Below, one piece after another: positions 18,592-28,932 of a DNA stretch of 44,971 nt. The stretch covers positions 1 through 44,971 of the forward strand of contig JBIJBE010000028.1 of assembly GCA_044345405.1 (NCBI GenBank). Reading direction: 5' to 3'. How positions within the stretch are numbered: the first letter of the stretch is position 1; each line of letters opens with the position of its first letter. The translations under genes and the position numbers were made by a program. This DNA is from Bdellovibrionota bacterium. GTDB taxonomy: Bacteria; Bdellovibrionota_C; UBA2361; OMII01. Below the pieces are notes generated by a model. That model searched no databases, was not told the origin of the DNA, and saw only the letters and a list, made by a program, of their open reading frames with translations.

Positions 18592-21333
18592 CTACTTGCT
18601 TAACCGCCCCAGGAGCTCGGAAATAATCCCCTTCTGCTCAATCGCATGGTGCTTCGACGAGCCCGTAGCGGTCGCTGCCGACGCTGGACGTCCGATATAC
18701 TCTGGATCAAAACCGAGGCTCTCTCGAAGGAGTGGTGCGATGTAGCTCCACGCCCCCATATTCTGAGGCTCCTCTTGAACCCAGAACGCGTTCGTGGCCC
18801 CTGTCTCCTTAAGGATCCGAGCGATCTCATCCTGCGGGAACGGATAGAGCTCCTCAACCCGAATCAAGCGAGCCGAGATCTTCTCCGCGCCTTGAAGCGC
18901 GGCTTGAACATCGTGCCCCACCTTACCGGTCATAAAGACAAGATTCTTGCAGCTCTTTTTCCCCGCAAGGTCGGTCTCAAGCACAGGCTGGAAGGTCCCC
19001 TTCACCATCTCCTTGAGCGAGCTCATCGCCGCTGGCAATCGAAGAAGGCTTTTCGGGGTCATAATGATAAGGGGACGCTTAATCTCTGAGAGACCTTGAC
19101 GTCGCATGAGGTGGAAGTACTGCGCCGCTGTCGAAGGATAACACACACGCATATTCCCCTCAGCGCACATCTGAAGATATCGCTCTAAGCGGGCACTGGA
19201 GTGCTCCGGGCCCTGCCCCTCGAAACCGTGTGGAAGCATCATGACAACACCTGAAAGCTGTCCCCACTTCGACTCAGAGCTCGTAATGAACTGATCGATG
19301 ATAACCTGAGCGCCGTTTGCGAAATCGCCGAACTGCCCCTCCCACATCACGAGGGAATCGCGATTTGTGGCGGAGTATCCGAACTCAAATCCGAGCACCG
19401 AAGCCTCAGAGAGTGAGCTGTTGTACACCTCAAACATCCCCGTGGCCCCTTCACGCTCCGCAAGATCAACGAGCGGGCTGAAGGTGCTCCGAGCCTCACT
19501 GTCGTCAAGCACAAGATGTCGGTGACTAAACGTTCCTCGACAGCAATCCTGTCCGCTCAAACGAACCGAGTGACCTTCGAGCACAAGCGATCCGAAGGCG
19601 AGCGCTTCCGCGACTCCCCACTCGATCCCCTCTCCCGCCTCAACGGTCTCGACCCGCTTCTCAATAATCTTCTGCAATTTCGGATGGGGCTTGAACCCCT
19701 CAGGCCACTGCGTGAGCGCTCGCGCGATGGTGAGAAGGGTCTCCTTCTTTACACCGGTCTCGCCCACGGGAACCTCTAGGCGGCCGTGGACGCAGCACGC
19801 CTCAGCCCCAAGTGAAGTCCCAACGCCCTCTGACGCCGCCGCGAACTCGCCCTTGTAGACCTCAACCTCGCTATCGACATCGGACTGAGAAACAACACCC
19901 GCCGCGACAAGACGCTCAGCGTATTGTTGCCAGATGAGCTTCTTTCCCTTTACCTCAGCATAGGTCGTTGGCTGCGTGAAGCTTGGATCGTCCCCCTCGT
20001 TGTGGCCGTGCTTGCGGTGTCCGATGAGGTCGATAATAACGTCTTTGCCAAACGCCATGCGGTACTCCAACGCGAGTTGGGTCAACCAACATGCCGCCTC
20101 AGGATCCTCAGCGTTCACATGGAACACAGGACAATCGATTCCCTTCGCCAAATCGGTGCAATACCGAGTAGAGCGAGACTCATCCGGAGTTGTGGTGAAG
20201 CCGATCTGGTTATTGATAACGATATGGAACGTCCCGCCGGTGTAGTATCCACTAATACCGGAGTAGTTAATCGTCTCGAAGACGATTCCCTGCCCAGCGA
20301 AGGCCGCGTCACCATGCATCGCGAGCGGAAGGTACGCGCCACGGTTGCTTCGGTCGTTCTTATCTTGGAGAGCGCGAACAACACCCTCAACAACGGGGTT
20401 CACGAACTCAAGGTGAGATGGATTTGGCACGATCGAGAGCTCGATCTCAGCGCCGTTTGGAGCGCGATTCGTTTCCCATCCGAGGTGGTACTTCACATCA
20501 CCCGACCCGGCGATCGTCGCCACAGTCTTATCCTCGAACTCAGCGAAGATAGTCGACAGTGGCTTGCCGATCGAATTAGCGAGGACGTTCAACCGACCGC
20601 GGTGTGCCATACCGCACACGATCCCCTTTACTCCAACCTGGGCGGCTGAAGATGCCAGAACCGAAAGCATCGGAATGAGAGTGTCGTTCCCCTCAAGGGA
20701 GAATCGCTTTGTTCCTACGTACTTTCTGTGAAGCTCCGACTCGAACATCTCAGCGCGGATGAGGTCTCGAAGAACCTGCTTCTTCTCCTGCGCGGAAAAA
20801 GTCGGGGACTTCCCCTCAATACGAGCTTGCAACCACCGACGCTCCTCAACCTTGGTGAGATGCGAAAATTCGTAGCCGATAGTTCCGCAATAGGTCTCTT
20901 TGAGAGCCTGCATGAGCTGCGCGCACGATGAATAGCTCTTTCCGCCAAACAAGAATCCGGAGAGCCCGACCTGTGACGCATCCCTCAACTCTCCGTGATA
21001 CGAGAGCTGGAGCTCGGCTGGGTTCTCAGCCTTCATTCCCCCGGCCCCGAGGGGACTCAGATTCGCGGCGGCATGTCCATAAACTCGGAACGCCTCAACG
21101 AGCTTCTCTCCAACGGCGTTACTTGAGGTGGCGCCACGCACACCCTCCGCTACCGCCGCGTGCCCATTGGCGCGCCCGTTCGTGTACCCATTACCGACCC
21201 CGTTGTGATCAAGCGATCGAAAGAAATCGGCCCACGCTGGGTCTACGAGGGTTGGGTCCGTGAGGTAGAGCTGATAGAGCTCGGCAAGGTAGCCCGCGTT
21301 TTCCCCGAATTTGACAAAACTTTCACCGTTCAT
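18592..21333 (-). CDS. sucA: 2-oxoglutarate dehydrogenase E1 component
   Basis: KRFSLEG, GMAHRGRLN, GDVKYHLG, NPSHLE, HGDAAFAGQG, RLSGQD and LPHGFEGQGPEHSSARLER motifs. Confidence 0.97.
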   Translation of the reverse strand: MNGESFVKFGENAGYLAELYQLYLTDPTLVDPAWADFFRSLDHNGVGNGYTNGRANGHAAVAEGVRGATSSNAVGEKLVEAFRVYGHAAANLSPLGAGGMKAENPAELQLSYHGELRDASQVGLSGFLFGGKSYSSCAQLMQALKETYCGTIGYEFSHLTKVEERRWLQARIEGKSPTFSAQEKKQVLRDLIRAEMFESELHRKYVGTKRFSLEGNDTLIPMLSVLASSAAQVGVKGIVCGMAHRGRLNVLANSIGKPLSTIFAEFEDKTVATIAGSGDVKYHLGWETNRAPNGAEIELSIVPNPSHLEFVNPVVEGVVRALQDKNDRSNRGAYLPLAMHGDAAFAGQGIVFETINYSGISGYYTGGTFHIVINNQIGFTTTPDESRSTRYCTDLAKGIDCPVFHVNAEDPEAACWLTQLALEYRMAFGKDVIIDLIGHRKHGHNEGDDPSFTQPTTYAEVKGKKLIWQQYAERLVAAGVVSQSDVDSEVEVYKGEFAAASEGVGTSLGAEACCVHGRLEVPVGETGVKKETLLTIARALTQWPEGFKPHPKLQKIIEKRVETVEAGEGIEWGVAEALAFGSLVLEGHSVRLSGQDCCRGTFSHRHLVLDDSEARSTFSPLVDLAEREGATGMFEVYNSSLSEASVLGFEFGYSATNRDSLVMWEGQFGDFANGAQVIIDQFITSSESKWGQLSGVVMMLPHGFEGQGPEHSSARLERYLQMCAEGNMRVCYPSTAAQYFHLMRRQGLSEIKRPLIIMTPKSLLRLPAAMSSLKEMVKGTFQPVLETDLAGKKSCKNLVFMTGKVGHDVQAALQGAEKISARLIRVEELYPFPQDEIARILKETGATNAFWVQEEPQNMGAWSYIAPLLRESLGFDPEYIGRPASAATATGSSKHHAIEQKGIISELLGRLSK

Positions 21334-21572
21334 AACGTATCAAAAATACTAACCGATTGCGGATCTGATCCTACCAGATGCAAGACCGTCCTCAAAGTGC
21401 CCAGGTGCGCCTGAATTCAGCTTTTAGATGCAGTGATGGTCGTCCCCTACAAGGGGAGTCGGAGGGTATCAGGCTAAACTTTAGTACAACTAACCACCTC
21501 AATATATTTAGGGATTATAACCGGGACGCTCAATGGCAAAGAGCTCAAAGACTACCCCTTCCCCATACCCAT

Positions 21573-22481
21573 CTAGTCGTCCTGCGACGTGACCGCGAGG
21601 AGTCCAGCCGCCATGATGGAGTTAAGGTTATGCGCCTCAGAGAGGTTAGCCGACGCCTTAGACCTGATCGCAGTCCGTATTTCAAGCGCAACCACGTCGG
21701 CGTCTTTATCTCCCGTTACGTCTTTCGAAGCGTCAAGGAACGCGAATCCCGCAGTTCGCACAAGCTCAATGTTCTTCTGAACCAATTCGGCGGCGCTATT
21801 AAGGGCGTCGATGTTCTTCTCAACCTTTTCCTTGATCTCCTTAACCGCGATTCGAATCTTGTTGAACGCGGCGGAGCCGTCATCGCTTTGCACCGGATCC
21901 TCGGGATCGCGCGTTGCCTGTCGAAGGGCTCGATAGAAATCCTCCGCGGGGAAAAGCTGTCCACTCGCTCTGGTTTCTCCGTTTGAAAGAACATCCACCC
22001 CGGAGAATGAGGTTACCTCCTTGAAAGCCGCCTCGAGTTCATCAACCTTTTCGGCATCAAGTCCACCCCTCCTCAACACGGCCGCCATCTGATCGGTAGA
22101 GAGGATATCTCGCCCTTTCACGACGGAACCCACCACGAGCTCTTCATACGTTTGAGAGAGCTGATCGAACTGGCTCTTGTAGAGCTTCGCTTTGCTTGGA
22201 GGAATGTTTCCCTTTCCGGCCTTCTGCACCAAGGCATCGAGCCCATTCACGACATTGAGCATGTTGTTGGTGTACTCAGCGGCGATATTAATGAATGAGA
22301 TACCCGAATTGAGTGACTGAATCGCCGCGGCCGCGCCTCGAGCTCCCCGTTGAAGGGTGACGGAAAGCGGTTCGGTGGGCTCTTTATTCAAGCCGATCTT
22401 CGGCTTCGAGCTCGCGGAGCCCGAGGCTATATTCTTAATGAAGTCACCGGTGATGACGTTGTTGATCGTTGATATTCCCAT
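21573..22481 (-). CDS. Highly divergent flagellin-like protein
   Basis: AIQSLNSGISFINIA...LDALVQKA...QFDQL...KGRDIL parallels the flagellin N-terminal helices; DADVVA...KASANLSEAHNL...GLL parallels the C-terminal D0. Alternative start at 22508. Confidence 0.6.
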   Translation of the reverse strand: MGISTINNVITGDFIKNIASGSASSKPKIGLNKEPTEPLSVTLQRGARGAAAAIQSLNSGISFINIAAEYTNNMLNVVNGLDALVQKAGKGNIPPSKAKLYKSQFDQLSQTYEELVVGSVVKGRDILSTDQMAAVLRRGGLDAEKVDELEAAFKEVTSFSGVDVLSNGETRASGQLFPAEDFYRALRQATRDPEDPVQSDDGSAAFNKIRIAVKEIKEKVEKNIDALNSAAELVQKNIELVRTAGFAFLDASKDVTGDKDADVVALEIRTAIRSKASANLSEAHNLNSIMAAGLLAVTSQDD

Positions 22482-22623
22482 GGCCGTCCGATAGACACCC
22501 CCGTGCATTTAAGATGACGCGGTCACAGAGAAGGCTTCTGGGAGCGTAAAAATGTCCGCAACCCGCTAAAATATAGAGTGTTTACCAGCGCACCGGGCTA
22601 CAAAAGTAGATTCGCGAGAGGTC

Positions 22624-23313
22624 CTAGCCTGCCACCCCAGCGAACCACTCCTTAAGGGCTCGCATCCCTTGAATACCGAGTTTGTGGCCCACCCCCTCCT
22701 CCTCAACGTAGGTGACGGGAAGACCATACGAACGGAGACGCTCAACCCCCTTTCGAGCCTTCTCGACGGACAGCACCTCATCAGCGGTCCCGTGCGCCAC
22801 GAAAACATCTGGATGGCCCTGAATGAGGCGCTGCTCTCCGATGTTCGACACAAAGCCCGCGAGAATACCAAGACCGTCGAGCCGAATGACGCCGGTCAAC
22901 ACCGCCGCGGAGAGGAGGACGGACCCTTGCGAAAAACCAGCCGCGAACACCTTACTCGGTTGGAGGGAGAAGAGCTCGAGGTAGCGATCGAGCGCGAAAT
23001 GGAACCTATCGCGAGCGAGCATAATAGCGGGCTCGAGGGGTTGGTCAGAGGTCATATCCCACCAACTGAATCCTCCGAGCGCGTCCGGAAGAAACGCCTG
23101 AAAGGAGACTACGTTCGCCCGCTCCGGAAGGGTACGATCGAATGCCCACATCACTTGCGCGGAACCCGCCCGCCCGTGCACCAACACGATGAGCGGCGCC
23201 GTGGGGTCTCCACACAAACGATGAATGAAGGTAAGACCAACGAACTCTTCTTCAATAGCATCCGACTGCACACGCATGGTCAGAGCGTAGCGGAAGACCA
23301 AAGGGAATGGCAA
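22624..23313 (-). CDS. Alpha/beta hydrolase (phospholipase/carboxylesterase family)
   Basis: VLVHGRAG, GFSQG nucleophile, HGTADEV and GVGH triad; true start may be ATG 23277. Confidence 0.9.
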   Translation of the reverse strand: MPFPLVFRYALTMRVQSDAIEEEFVGLTFIHRLCGDPTAPLIVLVHGRAGSAQVMWAFDRTLPERANVVSFQAFLPDALGGFSWWDMTSDQPLEPAIMLARDRFHFALDRYLELFSLQPSKVFAAGFSQGSVLLSAAVLTGVIRLDGLGILAGFVSNIGEQRLIQGHPDVFVAHGTADEVLSVEKARKGVERLRSYGLPVTYVEEEGVGHKLGIQGMRALKEWFAGVAG

Positions 23314-23318
23314 CTACA

Positions 23319-23675
23319 TCACGACTGGGAGTTTGGAGGCATGGGTTCGTCCTCCACAACCTCGTCCTGAGGCGCGTTCTTGAGCGGCTTCCTCACCACA
23401 TAGCGGTCCGATTGCTCCAGCCCCGTGATCACCAGGATGTGATGCGGGTTAATATTGAGGAAGGAACAGACCGATTGAAAGGAGAAGATGTAGTCGTCCT
23501 CTTTGCTCAGTAAGTAATCTTTGGCTCGACGAGAGAATTCGCCCGGCCTGTTAACATCAGCGATCGCGTTAAGCAAAATCGCTCGCAGAAGATTCTTTTC
23601 GGGCGTAGCCAGCTCTGGCTGCTCAAAATCATCGAACCCTACGTAAATCGCTGTGTTTTTCCCTTCCCTCATCAT
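23319..23675 (-). CDS. Conserved-looking hypothetical protein
   Basis: AAGGGG RBS; PEK.LL.AIL..AI.D and FSF..VC..L.INP pattern of an uncharacterised small-protein family (recalled, not searched). Confidence 0.7.
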   Translation of the reverse strand: MMREGKNTAIYVGFDDFEQPELATPEKNLLRAILLNAIADVNRPGEFSRRAKDYLLSKEDDYIFSFQSVCSFLNINPHHILVITGLEQSDRYVVRKPLKNAPQDEVVEDEPMPPNSQS

Positions 23676-23828
23676 ATACCCCTTAAGATGCTGCGAAGTT
23701 CCCGCAGGCCCGCGGTTTTATTCCCCCGGACCTATAATGAGGTTCGACGCACCCGGGCCATTCCTAAACGACTAGGGGCTAAATCGTCGGTTTTATAGAG
23801 GGGTTACGAACTTTCCCTACGAAAAAAA

Positions 23829-23848
23829 GCTACCTGAGGCTACCTGAG
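23829..23848 (+). repeat. Tandem 10-bp direct repeat GCTACCTGAG x2 (possible regulator site)
   Basis: Exact tandem repeat ending 10 nt before the sigma28-like -35 box. Confidence 0.55.
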
Positions 23849-23858
23849 ACATTCCACT

Positions 23859-23885
23859 TAAGCTCTGAACACAAAGAACCGATGG
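23859..23885 (+). promoter_or_regulatory. Putative sigma28 (FliA)-type promoter
   Basis: TAAG-N15-ACCGATGG, ~40 nt upstream of ATG 23927. Confidence 0.45.
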
Positions 23886-23926
23886 TCTTTATAGGGGAAC
23901 ATTCCCCGGTTGCCACGGAGGGCATC

Positions 23927-24151
23927 ATGAAGATTGAACGGATTCAATATTCGCTGACTTCAGCGACGCGAGAGATATCACGGTACGCGGCTACTCGTCG
24001 CTTCACCGCCGCCGCCGACCTCACAAAGGACGAGGCAGGCTACCACCACCACAAACCTGAACAGGAAGATGACGAGGACGTTGAGGAGCCAGTCGTCGCC
24101 ACCGCGGCGGGACTTCAAGCTCAGGTGCGGCTGCTCAATATCACGGCGTAA
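23927..24151 (+). CDS. Small hypothetical protein (74 aa) with acidic linker and C-terminal RLLNITA
   Basis: GGAGGG RBS before ATG 23927; sigma28-like promoter upstream. Confidence 0.65.
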   Translation: MKIERIQYSLTSATREISRYAATRRFTAAADLTKDEAGYHHHKPEQEDDEDVEEPVVATAAGLQAQVRLLNITA

Positions 24152-24269
24152 TAGAAACAGCCTTTATAGTCGAACGAACCCGTGACCGGCGGTGAGGCGA
24201 CAGATCCGCGCGCCCGCGTGCAAAGAGGCCACAGCAAAACCCGGTCGCACCGTGTCCATTCCACAAAAT

Positions 24270-24773
24270 CTAGGCGCGATTCGCGCGATACACCTTAAAC
24301 ACACACCGCTCCCCCAACTCGGAGGAGACCTCGTGAAAACGATCCTCAAAATGAGGGAACCGAGCATCTCCCTCATGGTAACCACGAACGAGCGTTAGAT
24401 GAAGTTCATCACAGAGTGGCAATCCCGCCGCATAGAGCTCAGCGCCTCCGATGCACCACAACATCTGGTCCGGCTTGCCGAGACGTTCGACTATCGTAAG
24501 CGCTTCTTCGATTGAGCTGACACCGTGCGTCCCTGCAGGAAGATTGAGCGCCGCGGGCGTGCGTGACATCACGATGTTGACGCGCCCTGGAAGTGGGCGA
24601 AATTTAGAGGGCAATGAATCCCACGTTTTTCGCCCCATCAACACGAAGTGCCCCGAGGTTTTTGACTTGAAATGCGCGAGATCCTCTGGAAGGTGCCACG
24701 GCAACGCGCCATCTTTTCCGATGACACGTCCCTCATCCATGGCGACGATTGCTGCGATGGTGGGCTTCGACAT
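24270..24773 (-). CDS. folA: Dihydrofolate reductase
   Basis: IGKDGALPWHLPEDL, MGRKTWDS, RPLPGR, IGGAELY and GDARFP motifs. Confidence 0.96.
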   Translation of the reverse strand: MSKPTIAAIVAMDEGRVIGKDGALPWHLPEDLAHFKSKTSGHFVLMGRKTWDSLPSKFRPLPGRVNIVMSRTPAALNLPAGTHGVSSIEEALTIVERLGKPDQMLWCIGGAELYAAGLPLCDELHLTLVRGYHEGDARFPHFEDRFHEVSSELGERCVFKVYRANRA

Positions 24774-24779
24774 CTTTAC

Positions 24780-25604
24780 CTACACAGCGATATCGAACTT
24801 AATTCGCTCGTGCGGCTCGTACCCCTCGAGTTGGAAGTCCTCGTACTTGAACGAGAAGAGATCCGTTACGTTCGGATTAAGCTTCATCGTTGGAAGCGGT
24901 CGTGGCTCGCGCTCGAGTTGAAGAAGCGCTCCCTCGACGTGATTCGAGTAGATGTGACAATCACCGAAGGTATGCACGAACTCATACGGCTTAAGCCCGG
25001 TGACCTGCGCGACCATCATGAGAAGGAGCGCGTAGCTCGCGATATTAAACGGAACGCCGAGCATGAGATCGGCGGAGCGTTGGTAGAGCTGCAAGCTCAA
25101 CCTGTCGCCAGCGACGTAGAACTGAAAGAGGGTGTGGCACGCGGGTGGAGCGACCTCCGGGAGATCCGCTGGATTGAACGAGATGACCACTATCCGTCGG
25201 CTTGAAGGGTTCGATTTGATCGTCTCAATCGCGCGTTTGATCTGATCCACTTTGCCTCGGGGACCTTCCCATGAACGCCACTGTTTTCCGTACACCGGAC
25301 CGAGGTCGCCGTTAGCGTCGGCCCATTCGTCCCAGATCGACACGTTGTGGTCTTTGAGATACTTGATATTGGTCTCTCCGTTCAGGAACCAAAGGAGCTC
25401 GTAGATTATCGACTTGAGGTGAACCTTCTTGGTCGTCACGAGCGGGAATCCGTGCTCGAGATTAAACCTCATCTGCCGTCCGAATACCGAATAGGTACCA
25501 ACGCCTGTGCGATCGGGGCGAACGATAGCTCCGTTTTTCTCTACTCCAGCTTCTGGCTTTCCGTTTTCAAGGACGTCTCTGATCAGGTCGAGGTATTGCT
25601 TCAT
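24780..25604 (-). CDS. thyA: Thymidylate synthase
   Basis: [29 protein letters not shown] catalytic Cys and YQRSAD..LGVPFN motifs. Confidence 0.97.
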   Translation of the reverse strand: MKQYLDLIRDVLENGKPEAGVEKNGAIVRPDRTGVGTYSVFGRQMRFNLEHGFPLVTTKKVHLKSIIYELLWFLNGETNIKYLKDHNVSIWDEWADANGDLGPVYGKQWRSWEGPRGKVDQIKRAIETIKSNPSSRRIVVISFNPADLPEVAPPACHTLFQFYVAGDRLSLQLYQRSADLMLGVPFNIASYALLLMMVAQVTGLKPYEFVHTFGDCHIYSNHVEGALLQLEREPRPLPTMKLNPNVTDLFSFKYEDFQLEGYEPHERIKFDIAV

Positions 25605-25635
25605 AGGTTAACGAGAGGGTTACGATCTGCGTTGG

Positions 25636-27645
25636 CTACTCACCGAAGGTGATAGACGTGGTAGAGCATAATCGCACTGCCCGCTCCACATCAACGGTGG
25701 GTTCCTGACAGGCCGAATGCCGACACACATATATCGTAGCTTTATCCCCGAGAGCACCCCTACTTTCAAGCATTTTCGCCCGTTTGCCCCCACTTCGTTC
25801 CCATACAACCGTTGTAAAGGGTAGAAACCGAGTCCAAAGCTCTCGAACCTCGGGGGACGGTGCCTGGCCGGGCGTCGGAGCCACAACGGAACACGAGGCA
25901 GCGCCGGCCATACGAAGCATGACGCCGTTGAGGGTCGACATATACACCATCGGCAGAGATGATGCCTCTTGCGGGATCCCCTGCTCCAGGCGCTGCGCCC
26001 GATAGGCGAAGGCTGGATCGCCGGTTACCTCAGCCAAGACGAGAAGATTCGAGAGCGCGATCCCGTTCGGTGAGGGGGCAGCGCCATCAACCCACTCGGT
26101 CATCTGAACGATGAGACCGGGAGCCGAAGAGCTCACGTACGCGCGACGCTCGCCACTCCAGAGATACTTATCCTGCTCACGTTGCAGCGCAGCGGCCCGC
26201 TCGATCCACGCGGCATCTCCGGTCGATTCGAAGAGCGCTCGATATCCCTCAATCAGGTAGGAGTAGTCCTCAAGAAGCGCGGGGATCCCCGCCTGACCGG
26301 CACAGTATCGACGCTGTAATCGTCCGTCGATGACGAGAGCGCGCTCGATGAAGCTCGCCGCGCGAAGCGCGGCGGTCAAAAGATCTTCTCGCCCCAGAAC
26401 CTGATAGCCCCGACACAACGCGGTGATCGCGAGCCCGTTCCAACCGGTGAGGATCTTCTCATCACGGTGAGGTCGCGGACGCTCCGCGCGCGCCGCGAAG
26501 AGAAGTTCACGAGCCTCTTGAATCTCTTTCGACTCACTCTCTCGCCACGCCTCATTCGAGGGGATAATGAGCGCCGAGCGACCGTGCTCGAAGTTCCCCT
26601 CAAGAATGACCGAGTAGAGCGCGCAGAACCACTCCGCCATCGCCGGGGGAAGAACCGCTCGAATATCATCCTGCGTCCATGAATAGTATTCCCCTTCTCG
26701 CTCCACCTCTCCAGCATCCTCCGCAGAGTAGAAACCCCCTTCAGGGGAGGTCATCTCACGAACGATGTAGTCGAGCGTTCGCTCAGCGACACCGCGGTAG
26801 AGCGAATCGCCGGTGACCCGATATCCATCGAGGTAGATCGGCGCCAGGAGCGCGTTGTCGTACAGCATCTTCTCGAAATGCGGAATCTTCCATTCAGCGT
26901 CAACCGAATATCGGTGGAAACCTCCACCAAGTTGATCGAAGAACCCACCTCGCGCCATTCCGGAGAGCGTTGTGGTGACCGCCTCAAGCGCGGCGGCATT
27001 CGGTCGAACGGCGTGCGCTCGCAACAGAAACGCAAGCGATTGCGTTGGTGGAAACTTTGGAGCCTGACCAAATCCACCGTACTCACGGTCGTACCGTTTG
27101 AAGAGCTGGTGCATCGCGAGTCCCAGCACGTTAACATCGATCGGCGCCTCGGCGAGTTTGGGCCTTCGAGCCTCAAGGAAGCGAGTTAACTCAGCGCTGG
27201 AGTTCGTCACCTTCTCGCGGTCCTTTTTCCACGCGTCCGACATCGCCCGCAGAACGCCGATAAAGTTCGCGCGATAGAAAAACGTGCCCCCCCAGAATGG
27301 TTGTCGATCGGGGGTCAAGAAAACCGACATCGGCCATCCGCCGTGCCCGTGAATCCCCATCACCACATCCATGTAGATCTGATCGACATCGGGAAACTCC
27401 TCACGGTCCACCTTGATGCTCACGAAGTTCTCGTTCAGCACTCGCGCGACCTCTTCGTGCTCAAAGGAGTCGTGCTCCATGACGTGACACCAATAGCAGG
27501 TAGAATACCCAATTGAGAGAAAGACAGGCTTATCCTCTCGACGAGCCCGCTCAAAGGCGGCATCGCCCCACGGGTGCCACCAGACCGGGTTATCTTTGTG
27601 CTGTCGTAAGTACGGGCTCGTTTCAGCCCCAAGTAAGTTCTTCAT
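25636..27645 (-). CDS. YyaL/SSP411 family thioredoxin-domain protein (DUF255 plus alpha/alpha barrel)
   Basis: [60 protein letters not shown] and [11 protein letters not shown] motifs. Confidence 0.93.
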   Translation of the reverse strand: MKNLLGAETSPYLRQHKDNPVWWHPWGDAAFERARREDKPVFLSIGYSTCYWCHVMEHDSFEHEEVARVLNENFVSIKVDREEFPDVDQIYMDVVMGIHGHGGWPMSVFLTPDRQPFWGGTFFYRANFIGVLRAMSDAWKKDREKVTNSSAELTRFLEARRPKLAEAPIDVNVLGLAMHQLFKRYDREYGGFGQAPKFPPTQSLAFLLRAHAVRPNAAALEAVTTTLSGMARGGFFDQLGGGFHRYSVDAEWKIPHFEKMLYDNALLAPIYLDGYRVTGDSLYRGVAERTLDYIVREMTSPEGGFYSAEDAGEVEREGEYYSWTQDDIRAVLPPAMAEWFCALYSVILEGNFEHGRSALIIPSNEAWRESESKEIQEARELLFAARAERPRPHRDEKILTGWNGLAITALCRGYQVLGREDLLTAALRAASFIERALVIDGRLQRRYCAGQAGIPALLEDYSYLIEGYRALFESTGDAAWIERAAALQREQDKYLWSGERRAYVSSSAPGLIVQMTEWVDGAAPSPNGIALSNLLVLAEVTGDPAFAYRAQRLEQGIPQEASSLPMVYMSTLNGVMLRMAGAASCSVVAPTPGQAPSPEVRELWTRFLPFTTVVWERSGGKRAKMLESRGALGDKATIYVCRHSACQEPTVDVERAVRLCSTTSITFGE

Positions 27646-27849
27646 AGCTTCACAAAAGTCGTGTCAATCACTGAGGTATCCCACAACGTATCGGATAATT
27701 CTCAGCTAGTGGGGTGAGTTATACATGATGATGCGCACGAGCGACTACTGTAGCTCGAATTTTTGGCCGTAGCGTACCTCCGATACCCCGGTAGGACCCT
27801 ACCATGAGGAACGTTTCCAATCTTCCTCTGCATCCACGGGCGATTTGAG

Positions 27850-28680
27850 CTAGAACCCGGACGCAACCGGCCGAGAACAATACACCACCTCAGGCCCCAC
27901 CGAAGCCACCAGCGCGTACGACAAGGTCTCCGGCTCCGTAAAGACATCGTGACACAGTCGGGCCGCGACATCCTCTTGCGCCACTAGGGGGAAGCCATCA
28001 GCGATCAGCGCCTCAAGGGATTCGAAGAGAAGGGTTTCGTTAAGACTGGTGAGCGGCCGGGAGAACGCGCAGATGATATCATCTCCCTGCAACTCAACTG
28101 ACGCCATCTCAACATCAACCAAGGAGTTCGTTCCAACGAAGGAGTACTTGCGAGTGGCGAACACATCGGGAAACTCTTGCGCGTCACCGACTTTGTCGAT
28201 CTCCCCCTCCGGAGCGTCGAAGAATGGATAGAGCTGGTTCTTACGGAAGAGGTAGACACTTCCAAAGCCGACTCGACCGGTCGCGATCCTCCCATCTTGA
28301 ATAGCGACCCCAAGGAGCGATGCTGCCATCCGGCCACCAGCGGAGAGCTTGTGTCCGAACGAGTACACCGAGGAGTTGGCGCTGCGAAAGGCGTCCTCAA
28401 GCACTTTAACGACAGACTCGTCACCCTTCGACTGGGAAGACTTCGCAGCCTGCGCCACGTAGGAGTCCTCTACGCCCTTGAGGAAGTAATCGATCGCCAA
28501 ACGGTACGCGACCTGACTTCCGAGACTATCTCGTGCGGCAGATGACCCAGCGAAGACCATGCGTGAGGGCGTCATCTCTGGATTGAAGGCAACGAACGAC
28601 GATACATCGTGAGCCGCCTTATCTCCTCGGTAGAGGTGGCAATCGAGCCGGGTTAACGCCATAACAGAAAAACTCTCCAC
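27850..28680 (-). CDS. PP2C/PPM-fold protein with degenerate metal-binding motifs
   Basis: GSQVAYRLA, LEDAFRSANSSVY, MAASLLGV, RVGFGSVYLFR and VELQGDDIICAFS follow PP2C motif order; alternative start ATG 28662. Confidence 0.65.
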   Translation of the reverse strand: MESFSVMALTRLDCHLYRGDKAAHDVSSFVAFNPEMTPSRMVFAGSSAARDSLGSQVAYRLAIDYFLKGVEDSYVAQAAKSSQSKGDESVVKVLEDAFRSANSSVYSFGHKLSAGGRMAASLLGVAIQDGRIATGRVGFGSVYLFRKNQLYPFFDAPEGEIDKVGDAQEFPDVFATRKYSFVGTNSLVDVEMASVELQGDDIICAFSRPLTSLNETLLFESLEALIADGFPLVAQEDVAARLCHDVFTEPETLSYALVASVGPEVVYCSRPVASGF

Positions 28681-28932
28681 AGCCAGGTGCTTCCTAGCCG
28701 CCTATCCCCATTAAATCGGGGGTTCACCGTGTTAGCAATGAGTATTTCGTCACACAGACCATCTGCAGCCCTTCCTTTGCGACGGGCGGGAGCGTACCCA
28801 CGCAGTTCACCGCCAACTCGCGCACTTTCTTTAGGTTACGGGGCAAAGAACCCTTGTGATACCCGCAGGTTCCAGTTAATAACCCTTACAGAGATTTGCC
28901 CCGATTTTGTGACCTTTCTTAAAACTACCCGT

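Noticed and set aside
23735-23765. GGTTCGAC T-loop-like words (also ~16002 and ~41970)
   Set aside because: No surrounding cloverleaf or acceptor stem, so not tRNAs.
28687-28932. 82-aa N-terminal extension of the large lipoprotein
   Set aside because: The signal peptide begins at ATG 28933; the upstream part is the divergent promoter region.
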